The position numbers and the translations under genes were made by a program. The notes below the pieces were generated by a model. The model had not been told where the DNA came from and ran no database searches. It was given only the letters and a program-made list of their open reading frames with translations. From positions 2,940,001 to 2,972,000 of the forward strand of contig NZ_CP011304.1 of NCBI RefSeq assembly GCF_000981785.2: a stretch of 32,000 nucleotides of DNA, written 5' to 3'. Source of the DNA: Microcystis aeruginosa NIES-2549 (GTDB lineage: Bacteria; Cyanobacteriota; Cyanobacteriia; Cyanobacteriales; Microcystaceae). Positions 23,224 to 31,100 of the stretch are shown in pieces (position 1 is the stretch's first letter; every line of letters begins with the position of its first letter).

Positions 23224-25125
23224 TTAAGATTGTTGTCGTTGGCGATTCGGGGGGGGTTCCCCGGCAGAATTGATTTTAGGATTGACCTCGGTTTCCTGAT
23301 TCGCTAAATCTTCGAGCCTATCTTGAGAATTATCGACAGAAATATTAATAATTTCTTTCACTTTTTGTCGGCGATATTCCTCCACTGTAAGCAGTTGCCA
23401 ATGGGAATTACTAGAGAGTTCTAAAACCCATTGATGATAGTTAAAGAGACTTTCACGATGTCCGACACTAATAAAAGTTGTGTGAGTTTTCTGCAATTGC
23501 CGATATAAATTTTCCTCATTGTTTAAGTCCAAAGCACTTGTGGCTTCATCGAGGATAGTAAAACTGGGACGGGTAATTAAGACCCTGGCAAAAGCCAAAC
23601 GTTGTTGTTCTCCCAGGGACAAAATGTTTTCCCAAGGCTCTTCTGTATCAAAGCTATCGACTCGATTTAGTAAATTTTGGAGATTGACTTCTTGCAAAAC
23701 TTCCCTTAATTTTATCTCATTGGTTTCTTGATTGCGATTGGGATAAAGTAACTGTTCTCGCAAGGTTCCTAATATTATGTAGGGACGTTGGGGCAGAAAC
23801 AATACTTCTTCTAGGGGGGGACGCACTAATCGGCCGGTTCCTGCATTCCATAAACCGGCGATAGCGCGTAGCAAAGAACTTTTACCCCGACCACTCGGAC
23901 CGACAATTAATAAACCTTGTCCAGGCTGAACAGAAAGGGAGAGGTTTTCGACAATTACCTGTTCATAATCGGGAGTTTGCAAGGTGACATCTTCAAAGGA
24001 AAATTGGGTTTCTTCGATAGTTGTAATCGTGCTTAAATTTTCCGGTTGTTTAATGACTTCTTCTAAGGCTTGGGAAAATTGCGATAGACGTTCAACATAA
24101 CTGCTAAATTGTGCCGAAGTGCCAAATTCACTAATTAATTCCGCCAGCGCCGTAGCAAACAAATTAGCCGCTAAACAGGCTTGCCCGACCTGTCCGAAAC
24201 TAATGCCCTCACTATTGATATACAAGGGACCCAAAATGACAAAAGTAAATACTTGAATTGCCGCCTGATAGCCTCGACTAAAAATTTCTGTGCCTCTCTC
24301 CCAATCAATTTTACGTTTAGCGCTGTCTAAGAGTTTATTAAATCGCCGCTGAATAATATTTAATTCCTGATTTTCTCCCTCAAAGAAAGCGATCGACTCC
24401 GCATGATTACGAATATGAGTTAGAGCATAATTATAGTTAGCCTTAAGTTCTAATTCTTCTTGAGTAATTTTATTTAAAGCTTGGTTAAAATAGATAGCAA
24501 TGACGTTACCGAGAATTGTCCAAACGACTAAAATAATGGCGACAGAGGAAGAAATTGACCAGAGAATCACTAAAAAAGTGATCATATCTAGGACATTTTC
24601 TAGGGCAACTGCAAAAAAGGAGAGAGCTTTACTGGTAATCGGCTCAATTTCCTGGGATAAACGCTGATCTGGGTTGTCGATATCGGATTTAAAATTAATT
24701 CTGTAATAGGCGCGATTATGCAAATATTTGTTGAGAATCCAGTCGTTGAGCCAAGCATACCAATCCAGGGCGATTCTTTTCCTGAGAAATTTAAGCAAGC
24801 CAACCAAAAGGGTGACAAAGAGCAGTCCAACCGCAAAAACTACCAAAGTTTTGACAAATTTATCAAAATCACTTTTTTCAAGAATGACATCAACTAAGTA
24901 ATTACTAACAAAGCTATTGAAGGCATTTAATCCTACAACTCCTAGTATTACCCCGATTAGTAGGATGAGCATTGCCCAAGCTTGAATCACATCGGCAAAA
25001 GTCCTTCCCCCCGACTCGGTAGGATACCAATAGGGAGCAGCGATCAGCTTGACACTGTGCCAAAATTTGCTGACATCGGAGATAATATTAGTCGTCGATC
25101 GATCTTGAGGGACTTTGGCGGACAT
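23224..25125 (-). CDS. ABC transporter, fused permease/ATPase (ABCD / SbmA-BacA-like membrane domain type), likely peptide exporter
   Basis: 633 aa. The N-terminal half is multi-TM. The C-terminal NBD has Walker A GPSGRGKSSLLRAIAGLW, signature LSLGEQQRLAFARV and Walker B FTILDEATSALD. It is transcribed divergently from the sulfotransferase/NRPS genes. Confidence 0.85.
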   Translation of the reverse strand: MSAKVPQDRSTTNIISDVSKFWHSVKLIAAPYWYPTESGGRTFADVIQAWAMLILLIGVILGVVGLNAFNSFVSNYLVDVILEKSDFDKFVKTLVVFAVGLLFVTLLVGLLKFLRKRIALDWYAWLNDWILNKYLHNRAYYRINFKSDIDNPDQRLSQEIEPITSKALSFFAVALENVLDMITFLVILWSISSSVAIILVVWTILGNVIAIYFNQALNKITQEELELKANYNYALTHIRNHAESIAFFEGENQELNIIQRRFNKLLDSAKRKIDWERGTEIFSRGYQAAIQVFTFVILGPLYINSEGISFGQVGQACLAANLFATALAELISEFGTSAQFSSYVERLSQFSQALEEVIKQPENLSTITTIEETQFSFEDVTLQTPDYEQVIVENLSLSVQPGQGLLIVGPSGRGKSSLLRAIAGLWNAGTGRLVRPPLEEVLFLPQRPYIILGTLREQLLYPNRNQETNEIKLREVLQEVNLQNLLNRVDSFDTEEPWENILSLGEQQRLAFARVLITRPSFTILDEATSALDLNNEENLYRQLQKTHTTFISVGHRESLFNYHQWVLELSSNSHWQLLTVEEYRRQKVKEIINISVDNSQDRLEDLANQETEVNPKINSAGEPPPNRQRQQS

Positions 25126-25406
25126 ATAGCATTTATATTTGAGTTGTGGACATTTTGCCGGAATGATTTTAGATTTTGGCTGGATTGGCGGAGTTGATCC
25201 TGAGGTTGTCTGTGTGGGCTAGTTTCAGGAGAAACCCTCCCCTGTGTAGAAGGCAATTGGCGAAAATATAATGCTCCCCGACAATTTTAAGGTTATTGTG
25301 TTTGAGTTGTGTTAACATACCCCAGTCGCTTTATCTGTCAGTATAAAGAAATGGCTTTCTCATCGCCCTGCTAAGCTATTTGTAATTTAAATTGCCTGTT
25401 CAGATG

Positions 25407-25436
25407 AGGCAAGAGGCAAGAGGCAACAGGCAACAG
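25407..25436. repeat. heptanucleotide tandem repeat AGGCAA(G/C) x4
   Basis: The units read aggcaag aggcaag aggcaac aggcaac ag. The same heptamer family occurs inside MITE copy 3 (17017-17044). Confidence 0.85.
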
Positions 25437-25458
25437 TAAAGGGATTGGGGGAGATTCG

Positions 25459-25500
25459 GCTAATCTAAGAATAAGCGATTTAAATACATCTTAGCTTACT
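25459..25500 (+). repeat. 42-bp dispersed repeat, copy 2
   Basis: See 10336-10377 for the alignment. Confidence 0.7.
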
Positions 25501-25765
25501 GCTTTTTTAACCCTCGTTATCTTACTACAAGTAACCGTTGTTTGGATAGCTAGAGCTAGTGAGCGCTTCTCAGACTACCACATATTACCGAATTTCGTTG
25601 ACCATGACAAATTGTTTTCTGTGACAAGTTTTTTTTCTCTGTGATCTGTGATATGATTTCAGGGGACGAGGGTCGGCTATGCTCCTCCTGTGCTGCTTGC
25701 TACCCTTAGCTTCTTGTTTTGCTTTTCTCAACTTTGTCTTTCTGTCGCCTTTAACAGACTAACTC

Positions 25766-26419
25766 ATGCCAGTAATGCCAGCCTTTGCTAATCAGAAAAT
25801 AGAGTTTACAGATATACTATATATTCACTATTATGTCGGTGAACAAGTTAAACTTTTGCGTCAACGCTATTTTGGCAATGTTGTCTTTATTCATATTAAT
25901 AAGACAGGTGGCAGAAGTATTGAGAAATCTCTAAATTTACCTTTTGAGCATAAAACTGCTTTAGAAAAAATTGACGAAATGGGCAAACAAAGGTGGGAGC
26001 GAGTATATAAATTTACAAGTGTTAGAAATCCTTGGGACAAAGTTATTTCTCACTTTCATTATCGTGTTGAAACCAATCAGACAAATTTAAGGACAAAACC
26101 AATAAAATTTAAAGAGTGGGTTAAGTTGACCTACGGGAATAAAGATCCTTTCTATTATGACAGCCCTAAAATGTTTATGCCTCAGTTGGATTGGATTACA
26201 GATCATGAAGGTAAAATTTTAGTAGATTTTATTTGCCGTTTTGAAAATCTTAATAACGACTTCAGTGTCCTATGTGAAAAACTTGGTAAAAATGCGACTT
26301 TACCTCATATTAATTCCTCAAAACATGGCAACTACCGTGAATATTACGATGATGATACTATTGAGATTATCGCAAAATCCTTTAGCAGAGATATAGAGAA
26401 ATTTGGCTATAAATTTTGA
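25766..26419 (+). CDS. free-standing sulfotransferase (PAPS-dependent, family-2-like)
   Basis: 217 aa. The 5'-phosphosulfate-binding loop is VVFIHINKTGGRSIEKSL, and a 3'-phosphate-binding-like motif, FTSVRNPWDKVISHFHY, is present. Confidence 0.75.
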   Translation: MPVMPAFANQKIEFTDILYIHYYVGEQVKLLRQRYFGNVVFIHINKTGGRSIEKSLNLPFEHKTALEKIDEMGKQRWERVYKFTSVRNPWDKVISHFHYRVETNQTNLRTKPIKFKEWVKLTYGNKDPFYYDSPKMFMPQLDWITDHEGKILVDFICRFENLNNDFSVLCEKLGKNATLPHINSSKHGNYREYYDDDTIEIIAKSFSRDIEKFGYKF

Positions 26420-26497
26420 TATATTGGATTAACTAGGAAAACCGTTTGAAGATAAAATCAGATAGACTTCGTATTGTCGCTGCCAACAGAGTAACCC

Positions 26498-28100
26498 ATG
26501 CCAATAATGAAAGCCCTTGCTAATCATAAAATCGTTATTACAGCTACATTTACCAGTGAACCAGTGGAGGATTCCCTGTCATATTGGCTCAAAAAAATAG
26601 GATTTCCTTATTCAATAGAATTTGCTCAGTACAATCAAGTCTTTCAAGAATTACTCAATCCTGCTAGTCTTTTAGCGACTAATCAAAATGGGGTTAATGT
26701 GATTCTGGTTAGGTTTGAAGACTGGGAAGGAAGTAAAAACAAGGCCGAATTGACCTTAGAGCAAACCCTTAGAGACTTTGGTAATGCCTTGAAAACGGCG
26801 ACAATGCGCTCACCAATTCCCTATTTAGTCTGTGTCTGTCCCCCCTCTCCAACCCATGATACAACGTTCAATAGTTTACATGAGAAATTACAAGAACAAT
26901 TAGACCGTGATCTCCAGAATATCCCTAGCATATATCTAATTAAAAGTCAAGCATTACTCAAGACTTATCCTGTACAAGAGTATTATGATCCTTATGGAGA
27001 AGAACTAGGAAATATTCCCTATACCTTGGCTTTTTTTGCGGCTTTGGGGACAATATTAGCGCGAAAAATCTTAGCCTTGATAAACTCTCCTTACAAAGTG
27101 ATTGTCCTTGACTGCGACAATACATTATGGCATGGGGTTTGTGGAGAAGATGGAGTTAAGGGAGTGAAAATTGATGCTCCATTTCGAGCTTTACAAGAAT
27201 TTATCATCGCACAGCAAGCAGCAGGAAAGTTAATCTGTTTATGTAGTAAGAATCAACCAGAGGATGTCTTTGCCGTTTTTGAAGGACATCCCGATATGTT
27301 GCTTAAGGAAAATCATTTAGTAAATTGGCGCATTAACTGGCAAGAAAAATCTCAGAATTTGCAGTCCTTAGCGGAGGAATTACAACTAGGATTAGATAGC
27401 TTTATTTTTATTGATGATAATCCGGTTGAGTGTGCGGAAGTTAGAGCAAACTGTCCAGAAGTTTTGACATTACAACTTCCTGAAAATTGCGATCATATTC
27501 CAAAATTTTTAGAACATATTTGGGCTTTTGATCAACTCAAAACCACTCAAGAAGACCGACAAAGAACTAATCTTTATCAACAGAATATTCAGCGTCAGAA
27601 TTTACAAAAATATTCCCTTTCTTTTGAGGATTTTCTCGGCCAACTCAACTTAGAAATAGAGATTTCCCCGATGCAAACGGAGGAATTGACGCGAGTTGCC
27701 CAACTTACTCAACGTACTAACCAATTTAACTTAACAACTATCCGACGCTCAGAATCCCAAATTCAAAAACTTTGTGGTCTAGGGGAATTAGACTGTCGAG
27801 TGGTTAAAGTAAAAGATCGTTTTGGGGATTATGGTTTAGTTGGTTTGCTATTATTTACTGCTCAAGAAAAATCCCTGATTGTCGATACATTTTTGCTCAG
27901 TTGTCGAGTATTGGGTCGCGGTGTAGAACATAAAATGTTAGCTTATTTGGGTACAATTGCTCAACAAAAAGGGTTAGAACAACTCAAACTTATTTATAAA
28001 CCTACCCCCAAAAATCAACCAATTTGGGATTTTTTAAGGACTGTTGGTCAAGAATTTCAGCAGGAAAAAGAGGAGAGATATTTATTTAATTTTCCTAGTT
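26498..28100 (+). other. NRPS domain: FkbH-like (HAD-phosphatase subfamily IIIC plus GNAT-like tail) glyceryl-loading domain
   Basis: The HAD motif I, KVIVLDCDNTLWHGVCGEDG, sits near aa 201. Further matches are ..LCSKNQPEDV.., ..FIFIDDNPVECAEV.. and then the GNAT-like ..VKVKDRFGDYGLVGLLLF....VDTFLLSCRVLGRGVEHKML... Confidence 0.7.
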
Positions 28101-31100
28101 ATATTGCGTCTAAAGTTAATTTCACTCCTCTCGGTGATGAACATAAAATAGCTACTAAAAATTCATCTAAAACAGTTAAGAGAATTATCCGATCAGAGTT
28201 TTTTGAAGAGATTGGAAATAACTTATATGATGCTCAACTAATTCTGCGAAAAATTAATTCTCAAAACCAGCGTCAACGGACTCAGTTAGACACAGAATTT
28301 ATTGCTTCTCGTACTCCTCTAGAAAAAGTGATTGCTTCTCTATTCGCAGAAGTCCTTAAACTTGACAGAGTGGGGAGAGATGACGATTTTTTTGAGCTTG
28401 GTGGTGATTCAATTCGGGGAGCAATTCTAATTAATAAACTGCAAGCACAACTAAACGAAATTATTCACTTTATTGTTTTATTTGACAGAAAGACTGTTAA
28501 GGAATTAGCCAGATATATAGAGGAACATTATCCAAAAGCAGTTACCAAAATACTAGGTAAAGAAAGAACCGAAATTAACAACCTACCACAAGAGCGCATT
28601 GCTGAAGCTAAAGTGTTACAAATGCGCTCCCTAATTCCTGCTCTTAGCAGCCCAATAGATGATGACAATAGCAAAAATCCACCAGCTATATTTATCCTTT
28701 CTCCTTATCGTAGCGGTTCCACCTTACTCCGCGTTATCTTAGGAGGAAATCCACAGCTTTTTGCACCTCCAGAATTGGAACTACTAGGGTTTAATACCCT
28801 TGGGGAAAGAAAGGCGAAATTTTCTGGCCGTTACAACTTCTGGATGGAAGGAACAATTCGCACCATCATGGAAATTAAGGGGTGTAATGCTGAAAAAGCG
28901 ATCGCAATTATGGAAGAATTAGAAGAGAAAAATCTGACTAGCAAACAGTTTTACCGTCTTCTACAGGGATGGTTGGGAGATAAAATCTTAGTGGATAAAA
29001 CTCCATCCTATTCTCTAGATTTAGAAACTCTAAAACGAGCAGAAATAAATTTTGATAACCCTCTATATATTCATCTGGTGCGTCATCCTTTAGGAATGAT
29101 TAACTCTTATGAAGAAGCTAAAATTGAGCAAATATTTCCCTATCAAAATCCTTTCAATAATCGAGAACTTGCCGAACTCGTTTGGCTGATTAGCCATCAA
29201 AATATCTGCGAATTTTTACAACAAGTTTCTCCCCAACGTCAGTATCAAGTTAAATTTGAAGACATCGTTAAGCAGCCACAAAAAACCCTAGAGAGTTTAT
29301 GTCAGTTTTTAGGAGTAGAATTTAATCCTGATATGCTGCAACCCTACCAAGAGAAAAAGCAGCGCATGACTGACGGTATTTATGCCGAATCTAGAATGCT
29401 AGGAGATGTAAAATTTCATCAACATCAAAGCATTAATCCTAACACCATTGAGCAATGGAAAGATTACTACAACACTGACTTTTTAGGTAATGTAACTTGG
29501 CAACTAGCAGAGTCTTTTGGCTATCCGAAAAATAACAATAATATCCCCCAAATTAGTCGAGAAAATCCCGCCGAACCTCAGACTTTTCCAGTTTCTTTTG
29601 CTCAACAGAGACTATGGATTTTAGCGCAATTAGAACCAGACAGCCCTTTTTACAATATGTTTAAAGCGGTTCATCTTCAGGGACGTATAAATATAGAAAT
29701 TTTAGAACGCAGCCTCAACGAAATTGTCCATCGTCACGAAATTCTACGCACTAATTTTAAGGAAGTAACAGAAACTCCAGTACAGGTAATTGCTCCCCGC
29801 GCAACTCTGAAAATTTCGGTTGTGGACCTACAAGGATTATCAGGACAAGAACAGTCACAACAATTACAACTTTTAGCAACTGAGGATCAATTACAACCTT
29901 TTGACCTGACTACGGGAATATTGCTAAGAGTCACCTTAGTGCAACTTAAATCAGAATCATCAGCTTTGTTATTGACCATGCACCACATTATTAGTGATGG
30001 TTGGTCAATGGGAGTATTGCTCAAAGAATTGTCAAGTTTATATCAAGGATTTTTGCTTGATGATGGTTCTGTTCTCTCAGAATTGCCGATTCAATATGCC
30101 GATTTTACAATTTGGCAACGGCAATGGTTACAAGGAGAAACTCAAGGTTTTATCACCATCCAAAACCAAATTAATTACTGGAAACAACAGTTAGCCGCAG
30201 CCCCTCCTTTGCTAGAATTACCTACGGACAGACCCCGTCCCTCTGTGCAAACTTTCCGAGGTGGATGTTTTTCCTTCCAGTTAGATGCCAAACTGACAGC
30301 ATCTCTAAAAGAACTCAGCCACAAATCAGCAACTACCCTATTTATGACGTTGATGGCGGCTTATGTTACTCTATTATTCCGCTATAGTGGTCAAGATGAT
30401 ATTCTGGTAGGAACACCGATTGCTAATCGCAACTATCAAGAATTAGAAGGATTAATTGGCTTTTTTGTCAATACCCTAGTGATGCGAACTCGCTTAGAAG
30501 GTAATCCCAGTTTTGAAGAATTATTAAGACAAGTGCGTTCTGTTTGTACGAATGCTTATGCTAACCAAGACGTTCCTTTTGAGCAGATTATCGAAACTTT
30601 GCAAATAGAGCGCAGTCTTAGTCACAGTCCTTTGTTTCAGGTGATGTTTGTTTTACAAAATGTGGCAATGGAGGAATTAGAAAATCCTGAGTTAAAAATA
30701 TCGCATCTACCTCTAGATAATGTTAACGCCAAGTTTGATATCACCTTACAAATGTGGGAAACAAATACAGAAGAAGGCAACTCTCTCCAAGGATTTTGGC
30801 AATATAATACAGATTTATTTGATCAAAACACAATTGCTCGCATGACTGGTCATTTTCAGACATTATTAGAGACAATTGTTACTAATCCGCAAGAGTCGGT
30901 AGGAACCTTGCCATTACTAACAAAAAAAGAGCGTTATCAACTGTTATTAGAATGGAATAATACTGATACACCATACAGTTATACTCAGTGTATTCATCAG
31001 TTATTTGAAGAGCAGGTAAAACGGACTCCTGATGCTGTAGCTGTAGTATTTAAAGGTGAAAAATTAACCTATAATGAGTTAAATCATCGAGCTAATCAGT

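Noticed and set aside
23519-25256. Small ORFs 23519-23731(+), 24600-24836(-), 24982-25197(+) and 25044-25256(-)
   Set aside because: All are alternative-frame or antisense ORFs within, or at the edge of, the well-supported ABC exporter gene.
25381-25396. NtcA-like site (TGTA-N8-TACA) in the bidirectional NRPS/exporter control region
   Set aside because: Only one half-site matches (tgta atttaaat tgcc). I found no full GTA-N8-TAC by eye in 25126-25765, so I make no claim.
29994-30194. 66-aa plus-strand ORF inside the NRPS
   Set aside because: It is out of frame with the continuous NRPS reading frame, which shows canonical C-domain motifs across the same nucleotides.
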